Assembly (NCBI GenBank): GCA_965222115.1
Contig: CBDCTJ010000007.1
Location: forward strand, 2,144,001 to 2,208,000
Reading direction: 5' to 3'
Length of the DNA: 64,000 nt
From: Planctomycetota bacterium
Lineage (GTDB): Bacteria; Planctomycetota; PLA2; JAEUHO01
Under the pieces are notes generated by a model. The model had not been told where the DNA came from and ran no database searches. It saw only the letters and a list, made by a program, of their open reading frames with translations. Positions 41,121 through 50,116 of the stretch are shown here, in pieces (position 1 is the first letter of the stretch; each line of letters begins with the position of its first letter). The position numbers and the translations under genes were made by a program.

Positions 41121-42524
41121 ATGAGATCCAGGCAACCAACGATTTCGGTGATTGTGCTACTGATGTTTGCCTTGCCGGCGGTTGTTGTAGCGGCGCCGAA
41201 GAAGAAGAAGTCACCAAAGAAGGGGAAGGTCACAGCGGTCAGTACATTTGAGGGATCGGACTGGGAAGAGCATGCCTACGCCGATGGATTGGACGTAAAG
41301 CGGATCAAGCGCGGCGATGAATATGCTCTTCGTTTGACGGTACCCGATGGCGCCGAGCAACCGCGTGTCATTCTCGATCCCACGCCTGCCGACATTCGAA
41401 AATTTCGAAGCATTCGCTTCTGGATCCGCGGCACGGGTGCAATGAATCCCAAACCGTACCTTCGCCTGATCAACGACGATGCTTGGTACATGGACGTTCG
41501 GCTGAAGGGAATTACGAGCGAATGGCAACGCATGGAAATTCGATTGGCCGCGATGCGGCCAAGTCAGGGATTTGATCCGGACCAAGTTTCAGGCGTTAGT
41601 TTCACATGGTTCGATGCCAAGGCCTGCACACTCGACGTCGACAACGTCGAGTTCGTGGAAGGTGAGGGGAACTGGCGGTATTCCGATAAAGAAATGTGTG
41701 AACAGTTCTTCGGCAAAGAACGCGCCAAGAAGGTTAGGAAGCAAAAGACCAAGCATTTTCAAATTTGGAGTGATACCAAGGCAGCTCGAAAGAAGTTTCC
41801 CAAAGAACTGGAGAAGACCTATGAGCGCATTCGATCGTGGCTGCAGCTTGAGGAGATGAAGAAGCCCCTTCCGGTCTACGTGTTCCAGAATCCCCAACTC
41901 TATTGGGACTTTTGCGCGCGCCATTTGGGGTGGAGCCGTCAAGAGGCTCAAGAATCGGCCGGTCACGGATCGGGTGAGTATTTCGCAACCTATTTCCAAG
42001 GGAACCGAACACCCACGGTCACGCACGAACTCACGCATGCGATGTTTGATCGCGCGGTGGGTTGGGGCGGGGGCTCCGCGTTCCAGGAAGGTGTCGCCGT
42101 CTACTGTGAAGAGCGTGACGCCAAGAAGAGTGCGGCGAAGTTGTTTTCGGCAACGTTACGAGGCGGGCGTCATGTCCCGCTCCGAGAGTTTCTTACCACG
42201 GAAATGCTCATTCGTTCCAATGACACGTCGGGTGGTGCTCGCACGGCAGACACGTTGTACGCGCAGGCCGGAGCGTTCTTTGAGTTCCTTGTTCGTTCCG
42301 AGTGGGCACGTGCGGACCATTCAGGTGAACTGAAAGGGAAGGTCAATCCCGTGGGACAATTGCCCCCGGCCATTCACCCGCGCATCGTGAAGATCGCGGA
42401 ATCCCGGGAAGTGGGCGACGCACTCATGCAGGTGATCGAGAAGCTCTTCGGCGTTTCGATTGAGGAGATGGAGAAAGCATGGGTTGCCTGGGGCGGTAAA
42501 CCCCCGAAGCCGCTCAAGAAGTAG
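41121..42524 (+). CDS. Secreted protein: beta-sandwich (CBM-like) N-domain + gluzincin peptidase-MA-like domain
   Basis: GGAGG SD; signal peptide; IRFWIRG...WQRMEI...LDVDNVEF; THELTH...FQEGVAVY; YAQAGAFFEFL. Confidence 0.82.
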   Translation: MRSRQPTISVIVLLMFALPAVVVAAPKKKKSPKKGKVTAVSTFEGSDWEEHAYADGLDVKRIKRGDEYALRLTVPDGAEQPRVILDPTPADIRKFRSIRFWIRGTGAMNPKPYLRLINDDAWYMDVRLKGITSEWQRMEIRLAAMRPSQGFDPDQVSGVSFTWFDAKACTLDVDNVEFVEGEGNWRYSDKEMCEQFFGKERAKKVRKQKTKHFQIWSDTKAARKKFPKELEKTYERIRSWLQLEEMKKPLPVYVFQNPQLYWDFCARHLGWSRQEAQESAGHGSGEYFATYFQGNRTPTVTHELTHAMFDRAVGWGGGSAFQEGVAVYCEERDAKKSAAKLFSATLRGGRHVPLREFLTTEMLIRSNDTSGGARTADTLYAQAGAFFEFLVRSEWARADHSGELKGKVNPVGQLPPAIHPRIVKIAESREVGDALMQVIEKLFGVSIEEMEKAWVAWGGKPPKPLKK

Positions 42525-42620
42525 GGAGCAGATGCAGAGCATGCGTGACCAGGGAGTGCGCCTGAGTCGCTCGACCCTCCAAAACGCGCCCCTCCCTCGC
42601 GAACTTCGTATCGTCTCCCC

Positions 42621-43946
42621 ATGAAGACCAAGCTACAGATTGCTCTCGACCAAGTTGACCTTCACCGGGCGTTGCGCGCGGCGAAAGAAGCCGTAGCCGG
42701 TGGTGTCCACATTCTTGAAGTCGGTACGCCATTGCTCAAGGCCGAAGGCCTTTCGGCGATTCGGGAGCTTCGCAAGGCCTTTCCGAAGCACGACATTGTG
42801 TGCGACGGAAAGACGATGGATGCCGGTCGGCTCGAGTTGGAGGCGGCGGCAAAGGCAGGCGCGACGTGGGGGACGGTGCTTGGTGTGGCGTCGGACAGCA
42901 CGTTGAAGGAATGCGTTGAGGCTGGGCGCAACTACGGCATTTCGGTGCTTGTTGATTTGCTTGGTTGTGAAGACCCTGCCAGTCGGGCGAAATTCGCTGA
43001 GTCCATCGGTGCGAACGCGGTCAATGTGCACTGCCCGATCGACGATCAGGTGCGCGGACACGATCCGTTGGAAACCCTGCGAGCTGTGCGCTCTGCAGTG
43101 TCTATTCCTGTAACTGTTGCGGGGGGCATCAATGCTCGAACCGCGCCGGTCATGGTTGAGGCCGGGGCCGACGTGTTGATCGTGGGAGGGGCGATTACCA
43201 AAGCGAAGGATGCCGAAGTTGCAACACGCAGCATTCTCAAGGCAATGAAGTCCGGCAAAGCCGGCGAAAGTGACGTGGCCGATCGCGTGAGTTCCACCGA
43301 AGCCATGCGCAAGCTTCTGATTGAGGTATCGACGCCCAATATCAGCGACGCAATGCATCGTCATCCTTGTTGGTGGGGGCTTATGCATACGCAGCCCGAT
43401 GCGCGTATTGCCGGTCCGGCGGTGACGTGTCGTTCCGTACCGGGTGATTGGGCCAAACCCGTTGAAGCCATCGATCGCTGTGAGCCAGGGGACGTTCTTG
43501 TGATCGACGCCGGAGGCAAGCCGCCTGCGGTGTGGGGCGAGTTGGCGACGCACAGTGCCAAGAATCGCGGGCTCGCGGGTGTAGTGGTGCTGGGTGCCAT
43601 TCGGGATACGCGAGACATTCAGGAAATTGGCCTGCCGGTCTTCGCCACGACGCATTGTTCGCACGCCGGTGAGCCCAAGGGCTTCGGTGAAATGCAGGTT
43701 CGGCTCAGCTACGACGGCATCGACTGTCACCCCGGCGACTGGATTGTGGCCGATGCCGATGGCGTGATGGTGTTGCCCAAGCTGGAAGCCATTGAGATCG
43801 CCAATCGCGCCATGTACTGCCTCGAAGCAGAGAATCGAATCCGCGCGGAAATTCAGGGCGACGGCGGCACCCTCGCCGAGGTCGTGGATCTCTACAAATG
43901 GGAGAAGCAAGTCGTTTCTGGCGGGGACGCGCCGGGCGAGACGTAG
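42621..43946 (+). CDS. 3-hexulose-6-phosphate synthase fused to an RraA/MenG-like domain
   Basis: LQIALD, LEVGTPL, DGKTMDAG, VAGGI (HPS barrel); STPNISDAM, AVWGEL, GAIRD, PGDWIVADADGV (RraA-like). Confidence 0.9.
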   Translation: MKTKLQIALDQVDLHRALRAAKEAVAGGVHILEVGTPLLKAEGLSAIRELRKAFPKHDIVCDGKTMDAGRLELEAAAKAGATWGTVLGVASDSTLKECVEAGRNYGISVLVDLLGCEDPASRAKFAESIGANAVNVHCPIDDQVRGHDPLETLRAVRSAVSIPVTVAGGINARTAPVMVEAGADVLIVGGAITKAKDAEVATRSILKAMKSGKAGESDVADRVSSTEAMRKLLIEVSTPNISDAMHRHPCWWGLMHTQPDARIAGPAVTCRSVPGDWAKPVEAIDRCEPGDVLVIDAGGKPPAVWGELATHSAKNRGLAGVVVLGAIRDTRDIQEIGLPVFATTHCSHAGEPKGFGEMQVRLSYDGIDCHPGDWIVADADGVMVLPKLEAIEIANRAMYCLEAENRIRAEIQGDGGTLAEVVDLYKWEKQVVSGGDAPGET

Positions 43947-43978
43947 TCACCCGTGCCCTCCCTGTTTTACTGCGCGTC

Positions 43979-44197
43979 ATGAGTCGTATTTCCATCACCG
44001 TCAATGGCGACGCGCACGATTTCGCCACCGACCAGGGCGAGGCCACCGTGTCGCAATTGCTGACCCACTTGGAACTTGCCGACACGCGCGTGGCCGTCGA
44101 GGTCAACGGCGACATCGTCCCTCGCGATCGGCATCAAGCCCATGTGTTGCGTGACGGTGACCGCATTGAAATCGTAACCTTTGTTGGTGGAGGGTAG
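43979..44197 (+). CDS. thiS: Sulfur carrier protein ThiS
   Basis: ITVNG...[12 protein letters not shown]...[14 protein letters not shown] with C-terminal GG. Confidence 0.95.
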   Translation: MSRISITVNGDAHDFATDQGEATVSQLLTHLELADTRVAVEVNGDIVPRDRHQAHVLRDGDRIEIVTFVGGG

Positions 44198-44201
44198 CGC
44201 C

Positions 44202-44993
44202 GTGACGGATCAACCCCTGCGCGTCGGCACGCACACGTTTACGAGTCGCCTTTTCGTGGGCACGGGTAAGTACACGTCCAATGAAGAGACCGTGCAGGCC
44301 TTAGATGCGAGCGGGACGGAGTGTGTCACTGTTGCGCTTCGTCGCGTTGACCTCACGCGCAAAGATGGCGAGAACTTGCTCGATGCACTTGGGAATCGCT
44401 GGACGTTGCTGCCCAATACAGCGGGGTGTTTCACAGCCGATGAAGCCGTGCGCACATTGCGACTTGCACGCGAACTTGGCATTGCCGATCTTGTGAAGCT
44501 TGAGGTGTTATCCGATCCCAAGACGCTTTTGCCGGATGTGATCGAGACATTGAACGCGCTCGAGACATTGGTGAAGGAGGATTTCTCTGTGTTGGTCTAC
44601 ACCAACGACGACCTCGTCACCGCGCGCAAGCTTGAAGATGCTGGTGCGGCAGCCGTAATGCCCCTTGGCAGTGCCATTGGCTCGGGATTGGGGATTCTCA
44701 ACCCCTACAACTTGGAGCGCATTGTAGAGCAGGCGTCGGTGCCCATCATTGTGGACGCGGGCGTTGGCACGGCGTCGGATGTTGCGGTTGCCATGGAACT
44801 CGGCTGCGACGGTGTGTTGCTCAATACAGGCATTGCGAAAGCCGACAATCCGATCCTCATGGCTGCAGCAATGCGCGATGCGTGTGTCGCGGGTAGAAAC
44901 GCCTTCTTGGCAGGCCGAATGCCCAAGGGCGGTGCGTCACCTTCTAGCCCCACGACGGGCGTTGTGGCGCCTAAGGCACCGGCGCGCGCGTAA
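44202..44993 (+). CDS. thiG: Thiazole synthase
   Basis: [43 protein letters not shown]. Confidence 0.97.
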   Translation: MTDQPLRVGTHTFTSRLFVGTGKYTSNEETVQALDASGTECVTVALRRVDLTRKDGENLLDALGNRWTLLPNTAGCFTADEAVRTLRLARELGIADLVKLEVLSDPKTLLPDVIETLNALETLVKEDFSVLVYTNDDLVTARKLEDAGAAAVMPLGSAIGSGLGILNPYNLERIVEQASVPIIVDAGVGTASDVAVAMELGCDGVLLNTGIAKADNPILMAAAMRDACVAGRNAFLAGRMPKGGASPSSPTTGVVAPKAPARA

Positions 44994-45997
44994 TGCAGCG
45001 TATTCTTTGTTTGCTACTCGCATGCCTGTTCGTCCTAACGTGTGCGCAGCCATGCGTGGCGAAGGAGGCACCAACGCCGGAACCGAAGTCTGAGGTGACG
45101 GTGCCCGCAGACGATAGTGAAGGCGCGAAGCGGAAGGCGCCGCTTCTAACGCAGCGTCAGTTTTCCAGTGTGCTTGAGCATGGTCCAGCGGGCAACTATC
45201 TGTTGGCGATGCTCTTCCTGAAATACGCACTTGCAGCGCTTGGACTGTTCTTCTTGATTCAGTGGATTCGTGAGTCCAAGCCAATGGGCGTCCCCGTCCT
45301 GACGCATGGGCCAACAACACCGCTCGAACTTGGTGACGGTATATGGATCGTCTTGGGCGCCCTCATATTGCCATCGTTCGTGCTCCTCGCACTTGGCCAT
45401 TCGCAAGACGATCCACTCATTGAGCGCCGTGCGCGCGAGTTCGCCGCCTCGTTCGCTGTGGGGATTCCCATCGTGGCGCTCGTCACCATGCGCCGTTGGC
45501 GGCTTACGAAGTCGCGCTTGCCGTCATGGGGTAGCGCACTCAACATTGGGTTTCAAGGGTTGTGCGTGGGTACGTTTTTCATGTTGGGCATCGCCCTCCT
45601 GACTGCACAAATTATGGCCGCGACAGGGCACCAACCCCGTGTCCAGCGTCTCGTTCAAGAGGGGCTATCCAGTTCCACCGTGTCGTGGATGGTCGCCGCG
45701 TTTGGCGTCTTCGTTGCACCACTGGTCGAGGAAGTGTTGTTTCGAGGATTGTTGTATCCGGCGCTCAAAACTGCGTTTGCCAAGATCGATCGGCCCGCCG
45801 TTTGGTCGGCCATTGTCACGTCCTTTGTCTTTGCTTTGATTCACGGCAGCCTTACCGCATTCGGGCCGCTCTTTGCCCTCGCCATGGTGCTCGCTTGGGT
45901 CATGGAAAAAACGAATAGTTTGGCGGCGTGTGTGTTGCTCCATGCCATGAACAACGTGATTGCCGCCATGCCCCAAGTGCTGCATCACATCGCGTAA
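44993..45997 (+). CDS. CPBP/Abi (CAAX-like) intramembrane metalloprotease
   Basis: APLVEEVLFRG, FALIH, LHAMNN motifs; many TM segments. Confidence 0.9.
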   Translation: MQRILCLLLACLFVLTCAQPCVAKEAPTPEPKSEVTVPADDSEGAKRKAPLLTQRQFSSVLEHGPAGNYLLAMLFLKYALAALGLFFLIQWIRESKPMGVPVLTHGPTTPLELGDGIWIVLGALILPSFVLLALGHSQDDPLIERRAREFAASFAVGIPIVALVTMRRWRLTKSRLPSWGSALNIGFQGLCVGTFFMLGIALLTAQIMAATGHQPRVQRLVQEGLSSSTVSWMVAAFGVFVAPLVEEVLFRGLLYPALKTAFAKIDRPAVWSAIVTSFVFALIHGSLTAFGPLFALAMVLAWVMEKTNSLAACVLLHAMNNVIAAMPQVLHHIA

Positions 45998-46013
45998 TTC
46001 GAGGAGACGTATT

Positions 46014-46571
46014 GTGAACGCATCCCCCGGTGGTTCGCGGCTCCGAAAGGCGCGACTCCTGCGCGTAAAGCAGGCCTATGTGGCTGACTCGGCCACCGTC
46101 ACAGCGGAAGTGATCCTGGGTCAGGACACCAACATTTGGTACGGGGTCATGATCCGCGGGGATGATGCGGCGATCACGATTGGGCATCGTACCAATGTGC
46201 AGGATGGCACCGTTGTGCATGTAGATCCCGGTGCACCCAACGTGATTGGCAATGACGTCACCATTGGCCACGGCGCGGTTGTTCACGGTGTAGAAGTTGG
46301 ATCGTACTCCTTGATCGCCATGGGCGCGATTCTGTTGGGCGGCAGCAAAATTGGCGAGGGCAGCATCGTTGGCGCGGGTGCCGTCGTACTTGAGAACGCC
46401 GTCATTCCACCCTACAGCTTGGTTGTGGGCACGCCGGGCAAGGTGGTTCGGACTCTGGATCCCGGAGAGCGTAAGCGATCGGCGATTGCCCATGCGGCGG
46501 GGTATGTTGAGCAGGCGCGGCGCCATGCGCGAGGTGATTGGGACAACATGATTTCGGCCTTGAAGGGGTGA
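46014..46571 (+). CDS. Gamma-carbonic anhydrase family (hexapeptide repeat) protein
   Basis: IRGD, TNVQDG, VH, TIGHGAVVHG; GAGGAG SD before GTG. Confidence 0.92.
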   Translation: MNASPGGSRLRKARLLRVKQAYVADSATVTAEVILGQDTNIWYGVMIRGDDAAITIGHRTNVQDGTVVHVDPGAPNVIGNDVTIGHGAVVHGVEVGSYSLIAMGAILLGGSKIGEGSIVGAGAVVLENAVIPPYSLVVGTPGKVVRTLDPGERKRSAIAHAAGYVEQARRHARGDWDNMISALKG

Positions 46572-46669
46572 ACGGCTTCAACACGTCCTGAGTCTTAATC
46601 CTTCTCCTGAACCGTATCCGTATCCCGTCCCAACCAAACACGTTGACCAACCCAAGTCGGGGTCAGGCG

Positions 46670-47164
46670 CTAAACCCACATACCGGTGATCTTGGCTTCA
46701 ACGCCGAGTTTCGTGGGGGCCGAACCCAAGAACCCCTGTGTGTCAAACACCGCGCGCCGGGGGCGAATCTCCATTCGCTGCCCGACGATGATGAGTCGCT
46801 CAGGGGGCACCACCGTCGAGCGAAACTTCACATTGTCGATGCCACCGAATCCGAAGATGCGATCCTTGTACTTGTCGCCGTCATAGATCTGATGGACGAA
46901 CCACGAACACAGTTGTGCCGCACATTCCAGCATAAGTACGCCGGGCATGAGCGGGCGACCGGGGCAGTGACCCCGTGACCACCAGATATCTTCGGGGATG
47001 TCCAGGACACCAACGGCAATACCCGTCTCTAGATCGAAGTGGCAGATGTGACTGAGTTGTTCAAATTCGTATCGCTGCGGATTGTGTTTACGAATGTCTT
47101 CGATCGAAACGGCGACCTTGTCGAGGTCGATCGTCGAAATGTCGAACAGTGCTTTCCGCGGCAT
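46670..47164 (-). CDS. fabZ: 3-hydroxyacyl-ACP dehydratase FabZ-like
   Basis: NPQRYEF, GHCPGRPLMPGVLMLECAAQ, NVKFRSTVVP; GGAGG SD. Confidence 0.82.
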   Translation of the reverse strand: MPRKALFDISTIDLDKVAVSIEDIRKHNPQRYEFEQLSHICHFDLETGIAVGVLDIPEDIWWSRGHCPGRPLMPGVLMLECAAQLCSWFVHQIYDGDKYKDRIFGFGGIDNVKFRSTVVPPERLIIVGQRMEIRPRRAVFDTQGFLGSAPTKLGVEAKITGMWV

Positions 47165-47292
47165 ACACCACCTCCGAGGGCGGGAGCTTACGGCACCGCG
47201 ACCGGAGTTCGAAACGACGCGCCGGAGTCGATTCACGCTTCTCGCGACTTCCGATGGAACAACCACGATGCGACCGTTGGTATGCTTCAGAA

Positions 47293-48717
47293 ATGAGAAT
47301 CATTCATCGCCGCGGTGCCCTCGGATTGCTTGTCGCGACGCTAACAATCGTTGCTGGATGCGGTGGTGGCGGCAGTGACGATGAGGTCGCGTCGCCCGCG
47401 CTCGATACACGCCTCAATACCGACCCCGCCGGCGCGGAACTCAGCCAAACTCCCACCATTTGCTGCGACGGCAATCACGTGTACGTGGCGTGGTCAGATC
47501 GGCGCGACGGCGGCCTCGACATTCGTTTCAATCGATCGCTGGACTGGGGCCAGAGCTGGCTCGCGACGGACCTCAGACTCGACACCGACGCGATCGGCGC
47601 CGCAGGGTCCACGGTGCCCGCCCTCTGCTGCAATGGCAACAACGTGTATGCGTGTTGGCACGACGAGCGCAATGGCTTTGGCGACATCTACTTCAATGTG
47701 TCTCGCGATGCCGGTGCGAGTTTCCTGAGCAGTGACATCCGTCTCGACACGTCGTCCATCGGTTCGACGCGCAGTCGCGAACCGCAGATCTGCTGTGCCG
47801 GCGATACGGTGTACGTGGTTTGGGAGGACAATCGAAACGGCGGTTGGGATATCTACTTCAATCGTTCGCTCGATGGCGGTACGACGTGGCTTGCCAGTGA
47901 CGTGCGGATCAATACGGATGCGGCAGGGGCAGACAACGCGCGTTCCCCGCAAATCGCGTGCGTTGGTACCACCGTGTTCATTGCGTGGGAAGATGAACGG
48001 GACGGCGGCAATGATGTGAGGTTTTCGCGTTCGCTTGATCGCGGTGCCACGTGGTCCACGTCGGACACGCGCATCAACGTGGGAACGGCGGCGGGCGGGT
48101 TCGTCACGTCCTTCTCGCTCAGAGCATCAGGAAATGTTGTGGCCGTTGCTTGGGGCGATATGCGGTCGGGCATGGCCGATATCTATGTGAATCGCAGCGC
48201 CAATCAGGGCGCCACGTGGTTTCTCAATGATGTGCGCGTAAACGAGGGGACCGCGGGCGCGAACCACTCGCACAGCGTTGATACGTGTATGTTTGCCGAT
48301 CAGCTCTATGTTGTGTGGGCCGACGATCGAAATGGCTTGGACGACATCTACTTCAATCGTTCGCTGGACGGTGGCGTGTCGTGGATCGCCAATGACATTC
48401 GGCTGGAATCCGACACGCCCGGCGCCTATACATCGACGTTGCCCACCATTGCCTGTGATCAAGATCGTGTGAGCGTTGCGTGGTACGACAACCGCTTTGG
48501 CGCCCAGGATATCTTTCTCAATCACTCGCCGGATCGAGGTGGATCGTGGCTCATCGAAGAGGAGCGCGTCGATGATGATCCGGCGGGATCGGGCCATTCG
48601 TTGCAGCCCAAGGCGTGTAGCGAAGGCAGTCGCGTGTGGGTCACATGGACCGATCAGCGTGACGGTCCGGGCGATGTCTACTTGCGAGCCGCCGACTTTG
48701 GCACCTTGGGGATCTAG
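47293..48717 (+). CDS. Asp-box (BNR) beta-propeller lipoprotein, 8 repeats
   Basis: Lipobox VAGC; eight ~57-aa repeats VYVxWxDxRxGxxDIYFNRSxDxGxTW. Confidence 0.88.
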   Translation: MRIIHRRGALGLLVATLTIVAGCGGGGSDDEVASPALDTRLNTDPAGAELSQTPTICCDGNHVYVAWSDRRDGGLDIRFNRSLDWGQSWLATDLRLDTDAIGAAGSTVPALCCNGNNVYACWHDERNGFGDIYFNVSRDAGASFLSSDIRLDTSSIGSTRSREPQICCAGDTVYVVWEDNRNGGWDIYFNRSLDGGTTWLASDVRINTDAAGADNARSPQIACVGTTVFIAWEDERDGGNDVRFSRSLDRGATWSTSDTRINVGTAAGGFVTSFSLRASGNVVAVAWGDMRSGMADIYVNRSANQGATWFLNDVRVNEGTAGANHSHSVDTCMFADQLYVVWADDRNGLDDIYFNRSLDGGVSWIANDIRLESDTPGAYTSTLPTIACDQDRVSVAWYDNRFGAQDIFLNHSPDRGGSWLIEEERVDDDPAGSGHSLQPKACSEGSRVWVTWTDQRDGPGDVYLRAADFGTLGI

Positions 48718-48778
48718 GACTGAGAATTCGGTATAATCACCGGTCATTCGCAGTCGCTTGATTGGTCAGGAGGCGTCC

Positions 48779-49711
48779 ATGGTTGCTTTTTCGCGTCGAC
48801 CGCTCATACATAAACGCAGCGCGTTTTACATATTCCTACTCTTGATGCTTACTGGGGGTTTCACCGTAGACAACCGTGCCTTGGCCGAGGAAGACGAGAA
48901 GAAGGAAGAGAAGGAAGAAGAGTACGACGACGACAAGGATCCCTTTGCCGATTCGCCCGATAGCAAGATGGAAGTGCCTGCCGAGAAGAAGACCAAGAAG
49001 GATTCCTTTGAGGAGGAAAAGCCTCCCGTCCTTCGCGAGATGGAGAGCGACGAGGCGAAGCCGCTTACCGATGCACTAAAAAAGGCTGCCAAGAAAAAGG
49101 ATGCCGCCCCGGCCTTGAAGGCGATTGCCGCCTTGGCAAAGGTCAAGCACGAGAGCTTTGCCAAGCCACTCATCAAGCTCCTGTCGCACGACAGTAGTAA
49201 AGTGGCGTCAGAGGCGGCGCTTGCGCTTAGCTATCGCTGCGACGACGCCAAGTTGCGTAAGAAATTGTGGAAGGCCTCCTACGGGCACAATGCCAACAAG
49301 CGCCGCTACCGAGTGAAGGGAAAATTCTTGCGCATGCTTGCGCGCATGGGCATCACGATCGACGCGCGACAATACAAAGATGTTGAACGCGACTTCCGTG
49401 CAATCAATGGCAATCCCTCGGAGTCGGCGGGTAAAGCCTTTGCGGACTTTGCGTGGTACGCAGGCACCGTCAAGGACAAGCGCTTTGCACGTGCGTTGGC
49501 CGAGCAGCTCGATGAGCCGGCACCGGCGGATGTCAACTCGCCCAGCAACCCCCCGGCAAGCTGGTGGGAGAAGAAGTGGAATATGTGGAAGGAGTGCCGC
49601 GCTGGCGCCGCGCGGGCGCTGCGGCAGATTACCGGCAAGGAGTTTGAGAAGACCGCTGAGGCGAAGAAGTGGATCAAGGGGCCCGGGAAGAAGCTCGGAT
49701 TCGATTGGTAA
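48779..49711 (+). CDS. Secreted HEAT-like protein with acidic N-terminal linker
   Basis: AGGAGG SD; signal peptide; LIKLLSHDSSKVASEAALAL; ALRQITGKEF...W terminal motif shared with other HEAT proteins here. Confidence 0.8.
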   Translation: MVAFSRRPLIHKRSAFYIFLLLMLTGGFTVDNRALAEEDEKKEEKEEEYDDDKDPFADSPDSKMEVPAEKKTKKDSFEEEKPPVLREMESDEAKPLTDALKKAAKKKDAAPALKAIAALAKVKHESFAKPLIKLLSHDSSKVASEAALALSYRCDDAKLRKKLWKASYGHNANKRRYRVKGKFLRMLARMGITIDARQYKDVERDFRAINGNPSESAGKAFADFAWYAGTVKDKRFARALAEQLDEPAPADVNSPSNPPASWWEKKWNMWKECRAGAARALRQITGKEFEKTAEAKKWIKGPGKKLGFDW

Positions 49712-49742
49712 CCACACGTTAGCGTTTTGTTTTATATCTGTT

Positions 49743-49945
49743 CGCCGCTCGCCGATCGAGGGCGGCGCGCATTGCTCCGGGGTTCCCTTTCGGGGTCCTG
49801 GATTACATACTGCATTTGGCTTAGACGAACCGACCGGGGTCAGTCACATCGGCATTGGGGACGGCGGGAAGAAAGCCCTCCCACGGTGTAGCCGGTAGTC
49901 CCATACGGGTCGTTGACCATGCGTGGAACCCGGAGCCGGGCGGCG
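49743..49945. ncRNA. Candidate 6S-like long hairpin RNA (~200 nt)
   Basis: Nested end-to-end pairing: CGCCGCTCG/CGGGCGGCG, GCTCCGGGGTTCC/GGAACCCGGAGC, ACGAACCG/CGGGTCGT, TGGGGAC/GTCCCA, inside a 400-nt intergenic gap. Confidence 0.4.
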
Positions 49946-50116
49946 TCTGCTATATACTTTTGTCCCATCCCGATTTTGTGACTGCGCGCTCCCAACCGTG
50001 GGGGTGTGTCAGCGGTTGCAGTAGGCAATCGGGTTGCATCTACCTACGCCCACGCCGGGATGTAACCATTTTGGATTCGTCGTGGGTCGTCGAATGACCG
50101 TGTCTCCGGAGACTCT

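Noticed and set aside
43947-43978. TPP riboswitch expected before thiS-thiG
   Set aside because: Only 32 nt of spacer and no TPP aptamer consensus seen here or upstream of the HPS fusion.
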